Origin: Candidatus Entotheonellaceae bacterium
GTDB lineage: Bacteria > Tectomicrobia > Entotheonellia > Entotheonellales > Entotheonellaceae
Length of the DNA stretch: 64,000 bases
Reading direction: 5' to 3'
NCBI GenBank assembly: GCA_965238075.1
Contig: OZ250173.1
Location: forward strand, 1,664,001 to 1,728,000
Below the pieces are notes generated by a model. That model ran no database searches, was not told the DNA's origin, and saw only the letters and a program-made list of their open reading frames with translations. The position numbers were made by a program, and so were the translations under genes. Positions 17,347 through 27,559 of the stretch are shown piece after piece (the stretch's first letter is position 1; every line of letters starts with the position of its first letter).

Positions 17347-18320
17347 ATATTGTGGCAGGCGACGTAATGCTCACTGCCGCGGTCGACCAATTCCGGCGAC
17401 ACCTCGCCGCAGATGTCGGTGGCGATGGGACATCTGCCGTACAGACGGCAGCCCGGCGGCGGATCGACGGGGGTGGCCAGTTCGCCCTGCAGCGTCAGGC
17501 GGGGCGGCGGCTTGAGCGGATCGGCATGGGGCACGGCCATGAGCAGGGCGTGCGTGTAGGGGTGCTTGGGGTTCTCAAAGATAGTTTCCACCGTACCGGT
17601 TTCGACGATCTTGCCAACGTACATGACCGCGACCCGGTCGCTGATGTGACGGATGACACTGAGGTCATGGGCGATGAACAGATAAGTCAGGTTGAACTCC
17701 TGCTGCAACTCCCGGAACAAATTGAGAATCTGCGCCTGAATGGAGACGTCCAGGGCTGAGACAGGTTCGTCGCCGATGATCAACTGAGGGCTTACGGCCA
17801 AGGCTCTGGCGATGGCGATGCGCTGACGCTGGCCGCCGCTGAATTCGTGCGGATAGCGGTCGGCGTGTTCGACGCCCAGGCCTACCAGGCGCAACAAATG
17901 CAGCACGTGGCGGCGCTTGGCCGTCCAACCCTTGGCGAGATTGTGGACTTCCAGGGGGCGGCTGAGTATCTGCATGATGGTTTTGCGCGGGTTCAGGGAA
18001 CCGTACGGGTCCTGAAAGACCAGTTGAACGGTCTTCCTCACGTCCAGCATGCGTTCGGGTGGAAGCGACAGCAGATCGTCGTCTTTCAGGTAGATGGAGC
18101 CGCTACTCGGCTCAATCAAGCGAGTAATCAGGCGCGCCGTGGTAGATTTGCCGCAACCGCTTTCCCCCACCAATCCAAGCGTTTCACCGGGCTTGATGAA
18201 GAAGCTGATATCATCCACGGCCTTCAGGGTGCGGGTCTTACCGCCGAGGCGGGAGATCAGGTCGTTATTCAACGGGAAATGCTTGGTGAGATTCTTGACT
18301 TCCAGAAAATAGTCACTCAT
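17343..18320 (-). CDS. Oligopeptide/dipeptide ABC transporter ATP-binding protein (OppF/DppF-like)
   Basis: GESGCGKST, FSGGQRQR, DEPVSALD, HPYT and C-terminal ACH. Confidence 0.93.
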   Translation of the reverse strand: MSDYFLEVKNLTKHFPLNNDLISRLGGKTRTLKAVDDISFFIKPGETLGLVGESGCGKSTTARLITRLIEPSSGSIYLKDDDLLSLPPERMLDVRKTVQLVFQDPYGSLNPRKTIMQILSRPLEVHNLAKGWTAKRRHVLHLLRLVGLGVEHADRYPHEFSGGQRQRIAIARALAVSPQLIIGDEPVSALDVSIQAQILNLFRELQQEFNLTYLFIAHDLSVIRHISDRVAVMYVGKIVETGTVETIFENPKHPYTHALLMAVPHADPLKPPPRLTLQGELATPVDPPPGCRLYGRCPIATDICGEVSPELVDRGSEHYVACHNI

Positions 18321-18344
18321 TGGCGTCCCGTTTCCCATGCCGGC

Positions 18345-19313
18345 TCATGGATGCAGATGACAGGCTACGAAGTGCCCGGGAGCAACCTCTTTGAGCGGCG
18401 GCACTTCCTGGCTGCAAATGTCCATGGCGTGCTCACAACGCGGGTTGAATTTGCAGCCCTGCGGCGGTTCCAGCATGTTGCACACCAAACCCTTGATCGG
18501 CGTCAGGAATTTCGTCTGCGTGTCGAGGCGCGGAATGGAGTTCAGCAGACCCTGCGTGTAGGGGTGCAGCGGATTGGCGAAAATCTCGTTCTTGGTGCCG
18601 ATCTCGACGAGGTGCGAGGCGTACATGACGCCGATGGTGTCGCAGGTGTGGGCGACGACGCCCAGGTTGTGCGTGATGAAAATCAGCGACATGTGAAAGC
18701 GTTCGGTCATGCTCCGGATGAGCTCGAGGATGGTGGCCTGAATGGTCACGTCGAGGGCGGTGGTGGGTTCGTCGGCAATCAAGAAAGAAGGATTGCAACT
18801 GAGGGCCATGGCCAGCATGACGCGCTGTCGCATGCCGCCGCTGAATTCGTGTACGTAATTGCCGTGGCGCGATTCGGGCGACGGGATGCCAACCAGGTTC
18901 AGGAGTTCGATGACGCGCTCCCTGGCTTCCTTCCTGCTCATACCGAGGTTGGTTCGCAGGGCGTCGGAAATCTGGTTGCCAACGGTGAAGACGGGGTTCA
19001 GGGCGCTCATCGGCTCCTGAAAGACCATGGCGATTTTCCTGCCGCGCAGCTCACGCATTTCGGCTTTCGACTTGTCCAGCACGTTCTCGCCGTCGAACAG
19101 GATGCGGCCCTGAGAAATCTCGCCGGGGGGGATGGGAACGAGACGCATGACGGCGCGTGCCGTGACCGTCTTGCCGGAGCCGGATTCGCCGACCAGTCCG
19201 AAGGTCTCGCTGCGGTTCACCGTCAAGGAGACACGGTCGACAGCCGTCAGCCTGCCGCGCTTGAGGTGAAAGCGAACGCTGAGGTCTTCGATCTGCAGGA
19301 CGGGATCAGCCAT
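18345..19313 (-). CDS. Oligopeptide/dipeptide ABC transporter ATP-binding protein (OppD/DppD-like)
   Basis: [25 protein letters not shown] and HPYT. Confidence 0.93.
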   Translation of the reverse strand: MADPVLQIEDLSVRFHLKRGRLTAVDRVSLTVNRSETFGLVGESGSGKTVTARAVMRLVPIPPGEISQGRILFDGENVLDKSKAEMRELRGRKIAMVFQEPMSALNPVFTVGNQISDALRTNLGMSRKEARERVIELLNLVGIPSPESRHGNYVHEFSGGMRQRVMLAMALSCNPSFLIADEPTTALDVTIQATILELIRSMTERFHMSLIFITHNLGVVAHTCDTIGVMYASHLVEIGTKNEIFANPLHPYTQGLLNSIPRLDTQTKFLTPIKGLVCNMLEPPQGCKFNPRCEHAMDICSQEVPPLKEVAPGHFVACHLHP

Positions 19314-19545
19314 GCTGTTGCTATCCGGATGCGGTAGGTTTGGCGCTATGATGGGTCACGAGCGAAGCGTCCACCACGGCAAAGGGAGGCGACCTTATGC
19401 GCAATAGGTGTGGGTGTCAAGCACAAAGGACGCCGCGAAAAGCTTGTTTGCCTGTCCCGTAACGGCAATTGAGAATTGCCCCTCCCTGGTCTACAATGCG
19501 TGCCGATTTCGGGCCATAAACCATGTGACGGAACGGGGGAGCGCC

Positions 19546-20364
19546 ATGCAAGGGCGGTGGCCGTCAGGCAAGCGGTGCGCGGTGGGATTGAGCTTCGATT
19601 TCGACGCCGAGACGATCTGGTTCCGGACCCTCCGTCAGCCCTTTCTCGGCCAGATGTCGCGCGGCGAGTACGGTGCCCGGGAGGGTGTGCCCCGCATTCT
19701 GGAATTGCTGCGCAGATACGACCTGAAGGCCACGTTCTTCGTGCCAGGGTGGACGGCTGACAAGTATCCGCATTTGGTCGAGCAAATGTACGCCGCAGGC
19801 CACGAAATCGGTCATCACGGTTACGAACACGAATACGTGATCAACAAGGGCCACGAGGTCGAGCTGGAGGTGTTGAGCAAGGGCATCGAGAGCCTGCAAC
19901 GCATTACCGGCGCTGTTCCGAAAGGCTACCGCGCTCCGGCGGGCAACGCCGGTCCCCATACCCTGGAGCTATTGTTGGATCACGGCTTCACGTATGACAG
20001 CAGTCTAGTCGGCGGCGATGAACCCTACTGGATCCAGACACCCGAGACCGGCCGGCCCCTCCTGGAAGTGCCATTCAGTTGGGAAATGACCGATACCTCA
20101 CACTTTCTCTTCAACTACCATCCCTATTACACCGGGATGTCGAGTCAGAACAAGGTCTACGAAATCTGGCAAGCCGAGTGTGACGGTGCCTTTGATGACG
20201 GCGGCTTTCTCAGCATCGTCATGCACCCGCAAGTGATTGGGCGACGTTCCCGCATGGCGATGTTGGAGCGGCTTATCCGCCATTTGCGAGGGCGCGAGGA
20301 GGTGTGGTTCGCCACGCATCTTGAGGTGGCGGAGGCGTGGCTGGCGCAGGAGTCTGTCTCGTGA
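19546..20364 (+). CDS. Polysaccharide deacetylase family (CE4, PuuE/HpPgdA-like)
   Basis: SFDFD, ATFFVPG, HEIGHHGYEH, GYRAP, YDSS and MHPQVIG. Confidence 0.88.
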   Translation: MQGRWPSGKRCAVGLSFDFDAETIWFRTLRQPFLGQMSRGEYGAREGVPRILELLRRYDLKATFFVPGWTADKYPHLVEQMYAAGHEIGHHGYEHEYVINKGHEVELEVLSKGIESLQRITGAVPKGYRAPAGNAGPHTLELLLDHGFTYDSSLVGGDEPYWIQTPETGRPLLEVPFSWEMTDTSHFLFNYHPYYTGMSSQNKVYEIWQAECDGAFDDGGFLSIVMHPQVIGRRSRMAMLERLIRHLRGREEVWFATHLEVAEAWLAQESVS

Positions 20365-20373
20365 GGGGAATCC

Positions 20374-21165
20374 ATGGATGCACAAACGATTGAAACGCTC
20401 GCCGACCGGTTGATCGCCGCGGAAGAAAGCCGCGAGCCGGTTGAGGTACTGACGATTGACCATCCGGACCTGACGGTTGAAGACGGCTATCGGGTGCAAT
20501 TCGCCATTGCCAACAAAAAAGTAGCGCGCGGAGACCGGGTGGTCGGCAAGAAGATCGGCCTCACCAGTCGGGCGAATCAGGAAGTCTTTGGCGTACACGA
20601 ACCGGTTTGCGGGCAGCTCATGGGCCAAGGCGTTTACCTGGAAGCGACGCCGGTCGACACGGCGTCGCTGATTCAACCGATTATTGAATGCGAAATCACC
20701 TTTGTGATGAACCGGCGTATTGAAGGGCCCGGGGCTACGGTGCCGCAGGTGCTGCGCAGCACGGAGGGCATCATGCCGTCGCTGGAACTCGGGGATTCGC
20801 GCATGCGTGACTGGATCGGCCGCGCCAAGGTGGCTGACATTCTGGCCGATAGCTGCGGCACCGCCGGTATCATCGTAGGCGGCGAGCTTCATTCGGTCAG
20901 GAATTTCGACATGCGCTACACGGGGATGGTGGTCGAGAAGAACGGCGACATCATTGCGACCGGCGCAGCGGGGGCAGTGATGGGCAATCCCGCGCAAGCG
21001 GTCGCCTGGCTGGCCAACAAACTCGCCGAGTTTGATTTGGCGATCGAGGAGGGCGACATGGTGCTCGCCGGCGCCCTGACCGGGGCGGTGCGCATGGCGT
21101 CCGGCGATGTGCTGAAGGCAACGTTCGGCGGCGGCTTGGGACCGGTCGGCGTGAGTTTTGCGTAG
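20374..21165 (+). CDS. 2-keto-4-pentenoate hydratase family (FAH superfamily)
   Basis: GKKIGLTS, ECEI, LELGDSR, VMGNPAQAVAWLAN and VLAGAL. Confidence 0.88.
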   Translation: MDAQTIETLADRLIAAEESREPVEVLTIDHPDLTVEDGYRVQFAIANKKVARGDRVVGKKIGLTSRANQEVFGVHEPVCGQLMGQGVYLEATPVDTASLIQPIIECEITFVMNRRIEGPGATVPQVLRSTEGIMPSLELGDSRMRDWIGRAKVADILADSCGTAGIIVGGELHSVRNFDMRYTGMVVEKNGDIIATGAAGAVMGNPAQAVAWLANKLAEFDLAIEEGDMVLAGALTGAVRMASGDVLKATFGGGLGPVGVSFA

Positions 21166-21195
21166 GCGGTTTCGGTCGGAACAGGGAAACGCGTC

Positions 21196-21660
21196 ATGGC
21201 GGCATCAAGCAATCTTGTCGCATTGCTGAAAACGCACCGCTTCGGCCACCTGGCGACGGCCGACAAGCTCGGTGCCCCGCACATGGTGCCGATATGCTTC
21301 GCCTATGACGGACAGGCCGTTTATTCCGCCATCGACCACAAACCCAAGCGCCGTGCCGGTTACAGTATGAAACGCATACGCAACATTGTTGAGAATCCGC
21401 GCGTGGCGTTTCTAGTGCACCATTATGAGGAAGACTGGCAACAGCTTTATTACGTGATGATGCGCGGCCCGGCGACGATATTGGAGGAGGGAACCGAGCG
21501 CGCTCACGCGTTCACGCTTCTTGAGAAAAAATACGCCCAGTATCGCGATCGCCACCTGAGTAACAGTGACGGGTTGGTGATCAAAATCGCGCCGGACCGC
21601 ATCACCCAATGGGGCGAATCCCTGGCACAGTCCGCGGGCGGCAGCCCTGAAAATTCATGA
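21196..21660 (+). CDS. PPOX-class, putative F420-dependent oxidoreductase (Rv0121-like)
   Basis: HLATAD, PHMVPICFA, SAIDHKPK, RIRNIVENPRV, YEEDW and KYAQY. Confidence 0.85.
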   Translation: MAASSNLVALLKTHRFGHLATADKLGAPHMVPICFAYDGQAVYSAIDHKPKRRAGYSMKRIRNIVENPRVAFLVHHYEEDWQQLYYVMMRGPATILEEGTERAHAFTLLEKKYAQYRDRHLSNSDGLVIKIAPDRITQWGESLAQSAGGSPENS

Positions 21661-21678
21661 CACGGAAGGTTATAGCGG

Positions 21679-22845
21679 ATGGATTTCGAGCTATCGGAGC
21701 AGCAGCAACTGATTCGCACCGAAGTGCGGAACTTAGCGCGGAAATTTGACTGGGGCTACTGGCGCGACCTGGATCGCACCGCGGAATACCCGCACGCATT
21801 CTTCAACGAATTTGCCGCCAATGGGTGGCTGGGCACGGTCATTCCCACCGAATACGGCGGCAGCGGTCTGGGCGTGACCGAGGCCGCCATCGTCCTGCTG
21901 GAAATCTGCGCGTCGGGTGCAGGGACATCCGGCGCCTCGCCCATTCACTTCTCGATGTTCCCGCCCATGCCGATCATTCTGCATGGCAGCGACGAGATGA
22001 AGCGGCGGTATCTGCCCCCCATCGCGCGGGGCGAGATGAAGCTGGCGTTTTCGGTGACCGAGCCCAACGTGGGCAGCGACACCACACAATTGCAGACGAC
22101 GGCGGTGCGGGACGGCGACGAGTGGGCCATCAATGGACGCAAGATCTGGTGTACGAACGCCCAAAACGCAGACCGCGTTCTCATCTTGACACGCACGACA
22201 CCGGCGGATCAGGTGGCGAAAAGGTCCAAAGGCATGTCCCTGTTCTTCGCCGAGATGGACCGTTCCGCTATTTCGGTGCGGCTGATCGAGAAAATGGGCC
22301 GCCATGCGGTCGATTCCAACGAATTGTTCATCGACGATCTGCGGGTGCCGCATGCTGATCTCGTGGGCGAGGAAGGCGAGGGCTTCTCCCATATCATGAC
22401 CGGCCTGAACCCGGAACGCATCGTGATCGCGGCGGAAGCGGTGGGCATCGGCAGAGCCGCGCTCGACAAGGCCGTGGACTATGCCAAGGATCGGGTTGTC
22501 TTTGGCCGCCCCATTGGCAGAAATCAGGGTGTGCAGTTCCCTCTGGCGGAGGCCTATGCCCACCTGGAGGCAGCCGAGTTGATGACGCTCAAGGCGGCGT
22601 GGCTTTACGACAACGGGTTGCCTTGCGGCAAGGAGGCAAATATCGCGAAGTTGTTAGCGGCCGAGGCGGGGTGTGACGCAGTTGATCACGCTGTGCAGAC
22701 ACATGGCGGGTTTGGTTACGCGCGAGAGTTTGATGTCGAGCGGCTTTATCGTGAAATCCGTCTTTACAAAATTGCGCCGATTTCTCAGCAGATGGTATTG
22801 AATTACCTAGGTGAGCACGTACTGGGCATGCCGCGGTCGTATTGA
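21679..22845 (+). CDS. Acyl-CoA dehydrogenase
   Basis: MDFELSEQQ, FSVTEPNVGSD, INGRKIW, RVVFGRPIG and QTHGGFGY. Confidence 0.93.
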   Translation: MDFELSEQQQLIRTEVRNLARKFDWGYWRDLDRTAEYPHAFFNEFAANGWLGTVIPTEYGGSGLGVTEAAIVLLEICASGAGTSGASPIHFSMFPPMPIILHGSDEMKRRYLPPIARGEMKLAFSVTEPNVGSDTTQLQTTAVRDGDEWAINGRKIWCTNAQNADRVLILTRTTPADQVAKRSKGMSLFFAEMDRSAISVRLIEKMGRHAVDSNELFIDDLRVPHADLVGEEGEGFSHIMTGLNPERIVIAAEAVGIGRAALDKAVDYAKDRVVFGRPIGRNQGVQFPLAEAYAHLEAAELMTLKAAWLYDNGLPCGKEANIAKLLAAEAGCDAVDHAVQTHGGFGYAREFDVERLYREIRLYKIAPISQQMVLNYLGEHVLGMPRSY

Positions 22846-22897
22846 GGACTAAGGCTTAACAAAGAGCATGCCCAGACGTTTCGGCCTGCAAACAATC

Positions 22898-23089
22898 TCA
22901 CCCACAATTGAGGCAGCGGATTTCGGCGAAGATGTCCTCTTGTGCCGTCTCCACCTCGCGGGCGTAGTTGACCATACAGCGCATTGTTTTTGAAACGTCC
23001 GGCAAGTTATACTTCGCCGTCATTTCTTCGATAAACACCATCATGTCTTTCTCAAGCTCAAACGAATAGAGAGCTTTATCCTTCGGCAT
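22898..23089 (-). CDS. Small hypothetical protein, RHH-like with C-terminal CxxC
   Basis: 63 aa, strong RBS (AGGAG), ends IRCLNCG. Confidence 0.65.
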   Translation of the reverse strand: MPKDKALYSFELEKDMMVFIEEMTAKYNLPDVSKTMRCMVNYAREVETAQEDIFAEIRCLNCG

Positions 23090-23186
23090 CTTTCACTCCT
23101 CATTGAAACATAGTGGACAGCGTGTCACAGCTTGCTTGGAAGTGCGCCATTATAGCCATAACCCATAGGCGAGGGAAGGGTGCTGA

Positions 23187-23972
23187 ATGAGGCTCTACCG
23201 GCACTGGATAAGCCTTTTGGGCTTCGGTCTGATCCTGGTTTTGAGTGGTGGGAACGTCTCTTCTACCTGGGCACAGAGGTCTGTTGCCGCGGACCCAGCG
23301 GCTCCCCGCCGAGTAGCGGGTGTTGTCTTCGCACAAGGCGGCCTGTCGGTGGACGTGCAAGATGAGGACTTCGGTGCGATTTTCCGGGACATCGCCTCGC
23401 AATCACAGATCGAAGTCAGTAACCTGGGTGGGCTACCTAATCGCCGCATTTCAACACAGTTCACCGACTTGTCTCTCATAGAAGGGCTCAAACGTCTGCT
23501 GCGTGTCGCCGGCGTGCCAGGGTATGCGCTCATTACTGCCCAGACGGAAGACGGCGTGAAGGTCGAACGCATTCTGTTTCTGGATACCAATGCGAGCACA
23601 GGTGCCCAACCGCGTGCTGCTGCCTCATCGCAAATGGCCACGCGCCGGGCCCGTCGGGAGCCCGCTCGGTCGAAACGCGCTCGTTCGCGTGTGGCGGCAC
23701 GTAGTCCGGGGGAAAAAGATAGCGCTTCCAAGTCGGTTTTTGAGGACCTGAAAGCGAACCCGGAAACCGAGCGACTGCTTAACCAGGTTGTGCATCCGAA
23801 CGAACAGGTGCGTGAGCGGGCAATCGAGGGTCTCATGCGGCTGGCAAGCGATACGGACAGGCAGCGGGACCTGATCGAAGCTCTTGAACCCTATATGGAT
23901 GACCTGAGACAAGGGGACGAAGAAGCCCGCGAGGAAGCGCGGGAAGACATTCGTTCCATGCTGAGACGCTGA
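23187..23972 (+). CDS. Exported hypothetical protein (secretin-N-like domain plus HEAT-like C-terminus)
   Basis: Signal peptide; LSVDVQDEDFGAIFRDIA...ISTQFTDLSLIEGLKRLL; HPNEQVRERAIEGL. Confidence 0.55.
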   Translation: MRLYRHWISLLGFGLILVLSGGNVSSTWAQRSVAADPAAPRRVAGVVFAQGGLSVDVQDEDFGAIFRDIASQSQIEVSNLGGLPNRRISTQFTDLSLIEGLKRLLRVAGVPGYALITAQTEDGVKVERILFLDTNASTGAQPRAAASSQMATRRARREPARSKRARSRVAARSPGEKDSASKSVFEDLKANPETERLLNQVVHPNEQVRERAIEGLMRLASDTDRQRDLIEALEPYMDDLRQGDEEAREEAREDIRSMLRR

Positions 23973-24006
23973 TTCCAATAGTCACGTTGGGCAGGAAGGC
24001 GATGCC

Positions 24007-24294
24007 ATGCCGCCAGGTATTGAGGAAAACACCGAGGGTTCCGTGGGAATAGAAGCTACCTCGGGTCTCCCAAGGAGATTTTACCGCATATCCCGCATTG
24101 CCTTGGGCATTGCGCTATTGATCGTCGGGTTGGCGGGGCTGGTATTGCCCGTTCTGCAAGGCGTGATACTGATCGTGGCCGCGCTGGCCATCCTCCGCAA
24201 GGATATTCCTTTTGTGGCGACGAATTGGGATCGCTTCGTTGTTCCCATGCAGCAACGGTATCGGCGTTGGCGCGACGCCCGGCGCTACCGTTAG
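24007..24294 (+). CDS. Small membrane protein (PGPGW/DUF454-like)
   Basis: GLAGLVLPVLQGVILIVAALAIL hairpin. Confidence 0.6.
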   Translation: MPPGIEENTEGSVGIEATSGLPRRFYRISRIALGIALLIVGLAGLVLPVLQGVILIVAALAILRKDIPFVATNWDRFVVPMQQRYRRWRDARRYR

Positions 24295-24335
24295 GTAAAG
24301 CGGCGGCAAGCCTGGCCCCCAAACTCCGGGAGTGC

Positions 24336-25100
24336 ATGGTGCAAGCAACACCCTCTTTCATCCAGGTATCGGATACCCATCTCGTCGCCGACACCAGCTT
24401 GGAATCATACGGAGTTAACCCCTACAAAAACCTCGAACGTATCATCGCCCATATTTCTCACCTTGGTCCACCGCCTGCCTTTGTCATATTTACCGGTGAT
24501 CTGATTAGTGACGACGACCCGCAATCCTACCGCCATCTTAAGCTGCTGACCGATCGTTTGCCGAGCCCGGTGTATTTCACTATGGGCAACCATGACCTGC
24601 GACGGGTATTCCGTCACGTCGTCCTGGGGGAGGAATCACCCGGTTCCGAGCCGTATTACTATGCGTTTGACGCTGTCGGGCATCGTTTCGTCGTTCTCGA
24701 TTCCCTAGTCGAAGGGGAGGTGGCGGGAGCGTTGGACACGGCTCAGCTGGCTTGGCTGGATGACATGCTGACGGACGGTTCACAGCAACCAACGGTGGTA
24801 TTTATGCACCATCCACCCGTTGCCACGGGGGTGGATTGGTTGGACGCCTATGCATTTGGAAACGGGGACGATCTTGTGGACATCCTGGCCAAGCACCGGC
24901 AGGTGCAACGGGTGTTCTTCGGACACGTTCACATGCCGATACAGATCACCGAGCGAGGTGTGCAGTTTACCAGCGTGCCATCCAGTGCCTATCAGTTTGG
25001 GGATACGGTCACCGCCCCAAAGGTTTGGCCCGGCTCCCCTGGCTACGGGATCGTGCACCTCTTTGAGGGGCAGTTGAGCAGCCGTGTGATTTATCTGTAG
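24336..25100 (+). CDS. Metallophosphoesterase, cAMP phosphodiesterase CpdA/Icc-like
   Basis: SDTH, TGDL, GNHD, MHHPP and GHVH motifs. Confidence 0.88.
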   Translation: MVQATPSFIQVSDTHLVADTSLESYGVNPYKNLERIIAHISHLGPPPAFVIFTGDLISDDDPQSYRHLKLLTDRLPSPVYFTMGNHDLRRVFRHVVLGEESPGSEPYYYAFDAVGHRFVVLDSLVEGEVAGALDTAQLAWLDDMLTDGSQQPTVVFMHHPPVATGVDWLDAYAFGNGDDLVDILAKHRQVQRVFFGHVHMPIQITERGVQFTSVPSSAYQFGDTVTAPKVWPGSPGYGIVHLFEGQLSSRVIYL

Positions 25101-25857
25101 ACCCCAATCCTTCCCCGCAATTCCCATCAAGCAGCGTCCGGGCGGTGGCAAATACTTGGTGAAACATGACGCGCGTCAGGCGTCCCGTTTGCGTGTTCTG
25201 CTGGCTTGGGTGATACGAGGGCAAAAAAGCATGGCCAGTTGGCAAGCGCGTGAGTGTTCCATGCTCGAAGCGCGGGCGCGGCTTTGGCAGGGTATTACCG
25301 ATCTGTTGGTAGGCGCGCAGATATGCGTCGAAAGCAAGCCGTCCCAGCGGGATAACCGCCTGTACGTTTTTTAGCAACCGCAACTCGTCCAGAAAATAGG
25401 ACTGGCAGTTTGCGATTTCCTGACGATCAGGCCTATTGCCGGGCGGAGCGCAGCGGATCACCTGCATGATGAAGCAATCGTGAAGAGTGAGACCGTCTTG
25501 ACGATGGAAAGAATCCGGTTGGTTTGCGAAGCCGAAGCAGTGTAATGCCTCATACAACCAATCACCACTGCGGTCGCCTGTGAAGGCGCGCCCCGTGCGG
25601 TTGGCGCCATGGGCTGCCGGGGCCAGCCCGACAATCAAGAGTCGAGCAAGCGGGTCGCCGAAGCTGGGAACGGGCTTGCCCCAATAAGATTCGCTCCGAA
25701 ACCGGCGCACCTTTTGGTCTGCCGTGTGCTGGCGGTGCGCCACGAGCCGGGCACAGCAGACGCAGTTGATAATGCGTTCCTGAATCTCCGACAGTGTGAA
25801 TACATCTGCAGTTTGAACAACCGCCCGTTCACTGCCGATTCGTTGCTGCCCCATCAC
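25009..25857 (-). CDS. Uracil-DNA glycosylase family 5 (UdgB, Fe-S)
   Basis: CVCCARL, GLAPAAHGANRTG, RCAPPGNRP and YHPSQQNT. The C-terminus overlaps the convergent cpdA-like gene. Confidence 0.9.
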   Translation of the reverse strand: MMGQQRIGSERAVVQTADVFTLSEIQERIINCVCCARLVAHRQHTADQKVRRFRSESYWGKPVPSFGDPLARLLIVGLAPAAHGANRTGRAFTGDRSGDWLYEALHCFGFANQPDSFHRQDGLTLHDCFIMQVIRCAPPGNRPDRQEIANCQSYFLDELRLLKNVQAVIPLGRLAFDAYLRAYQQIGNTLPKPRPRFEHGTLTRLPTGHAFLPSYHPSQQNTQTGRLTRVMFHQVFATARTLLDGNCGEGLGSTDKSHGCSTAPQRGARSRSQGSRAKPLGR

Positions 25858-25863
25858 AGACTC

Positions 25864-26604
25864 TCAAAGTGACATCCCACCATCGACGACATAGACCGCC
25901 CCTGTTACATAAGCGGCCTGCGAGGCCAGAAATGTGACGACCTCCGCCACCTCTTCAGGTTGGCCGGCACGGCTCAAGGGTATCCGTGACACCATCAACT
26001 CCTTACTGCGAGGTGTTAATGCGGACGTCATATCCGTGTCGATATACCCAGGCATGACGACGTTCGCCGTGATGCCGTGTGGTGCGACTTCTTTGGCCAG
26101 CGAACGGGTAAAGCCAACGAGACCGGCTTTGGCGGTCCCGTAGGCTGTATCGCCAGGCCAGCCAATGCGACCCATGATGGAAGAAATATTAATGATGCGG
26201 CCACTTTGCCGAGCCGTCATGTGCGGGACAACCAGCTGACAGCAATGGAAAGCCCCTCTCAGACAGGAATCCATCACGCTCTCCCAATCGCTTTCCGGCA
26301 GGCGATGCACCTTACCTCCTCTGTACAACGTAGCGTTATTCACTAGGATATCGATCCGCCCGAAATGCTCGAAGACGTGCGAAATCATCCGCTCTACGTC
26401 TTGTTTGGCTGCCACATCGGCCCGCACCAGCAAGCTCTCCTGCCCCAGCACTTGGATTTCCTTTTTGACCGCCATTGCGGCATCACGGCGGTTCACGAAA
26501 TTGACGGCCACTTGAGCGCCGGTTGCGGCGAGGGCAAGGGCCACCGCGCGTCCGATACCGCGTGACGCGCCAGTGACCAAAGCAACTTTACCTTTCAGTG
26601 ACAT
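25864..26604 (-). CDS. fabG: 3-oxoacyl-ACP reductase-like SDR
   Basis: TGASRGIG, NNA, YGTAK, PGYIDTDM and VDGG. Confidence 0.75.
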   Translation of the reverse strand: MSLKGKVALVTGASRGIGRAVALALAATGAQVAVNFVNRRDAAMAVKKEIQVLGQESLLVRADVAAKQDVERMISHVFEHFGRIDILVNNATLYRGGKVHRLPESDWESVMDSCLRGAFHCCQLVVPHMTARQSGRIINISSIMGRIGWPGDTAYGTAKAGLVGFTRSLAKEVAPHGITANVVMPGYIDTDMTSALTPRSKELMVSRIPLSRAGQPEEVAEVVTFLASQAAYVTGAVYVVDGGMSL

Positions 26605-26692
26605 GGGGCTTCCTTCGTTGTGTGAGGGTCCGGGTGACCGCATAATAGGCACTCACATCCAACCGGAGCAAGAGAGGACTGGCGGAATCGTT

Positions 26693-27559
26693 ATGAACGA
26701 CAACACGCCAACATACAGATTGCTCGATAGTGGCCACGGCAGGAAGCTGGAGCAAGTCGGCCCCTATCGTCTAGTGCGTCCGGCCTCACAAGCCCTGTGG
26801 CCTCCTTCGCATCCCGCTGGATTTTGGGAAACGGCGGAAGCGCATTACCAACGCGGACCATCCGGGTCAGGTAACTGGCACCGCAAGAAACACGACTTGC
26901 CCGCCATGTGGACATTGACCTATTGCGGACTGCCTTTGCGCGTCAAATTGACCGATTTTGGCCACTTGGGTTTCTTCCCCGAGCACGGACCACACTGGCA
27001 ATGGTTGCGGGAGCAGATCGCCGTTGCTAGGCGGCCAGTGAGGGTTCTCAATGCCTTCGCGTACACAGGAAGCAGTACGCTCGCTGCCGCTGCCGGAGGT
27101 GCTCAGGTGGTGCATTTGGATGCTGCCGAGGGCATTGTGGCGTGGGCGCGGGAGAATGCCCAGCTCGCCGGGCTGGCCGATGCGCGTATCCGTTGGATCG
27201 TCGAGGACGTCACCAAATTTCTCAGTCGTGAAGTGCGCCGCGGCAATCGGTACGATGCAATCATACTCGATCCGCCCTCATTTGGGAGAGGCCCCAAGGG
27301 AGAGGTATGGAAACTCACCCACGACCTGCCACCGCTGCTCGACTTATGTCGGCAGATACTCAGTGACTCACCGCTGGCGGTCGTGCTGAGCACCCACACC
27401 CCCGGCATTACGCCGTTAGTCTTGGAAAACATGCTGGCCGCCGTAGTAGGTTTGGAGCAAAGTCAACTGTGCAGCATGGAGATGTTCATTCCACAGTGTG
27501 ACAGCCCTCATGGATTACCCAGTGGGGCTTTGGTGCGATGGCGCAACGACACATACTGA
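26693..27559 (+). CDS. Class I SAM-dependent (RlmI/RlmK-like) methyltransferase
   Basis: HLGFFPE, VLNAFAYTG and ILDPPSFGRGP. Confidence 0.85.
   Translation: MNDNTPTYRLLDSGHGRKLEQVGPYRLVRPASQALWPPSHPAGFWETAEAHYQRGPSGSGNWHRKKHDLPAMWTLTYCGLPLRVKLTDFGHLGFFPEHGPHWQWLREQIAVARRPVRVLNAFAYTGSSTLAAAAGGAQVVHLDAAEGIVAWARENAQLAGLADARIRWIVEDVTKFLSREVRRGNRYDAIILDPPSFGRGPKGEVWKLTHDLPPLLDLCRQILSDSPLAVVLSTHTPGITPLVLENMLAAVVGLEQSQLCSMEMFIPQCDSPHGLPSGALVRWRNDTY

Noticed and set aside
17847-19337. 496-aa plus-strand ORF
   Set aside because: Antisense to the two ABC ATPase genes.
25009-25100. 92-nt convergent overlap of the UDG and cpdA-like genes
   Set aside because: The UDG tail beyond the conserved domain looks like simple stop-codon loss, with no sign of function.
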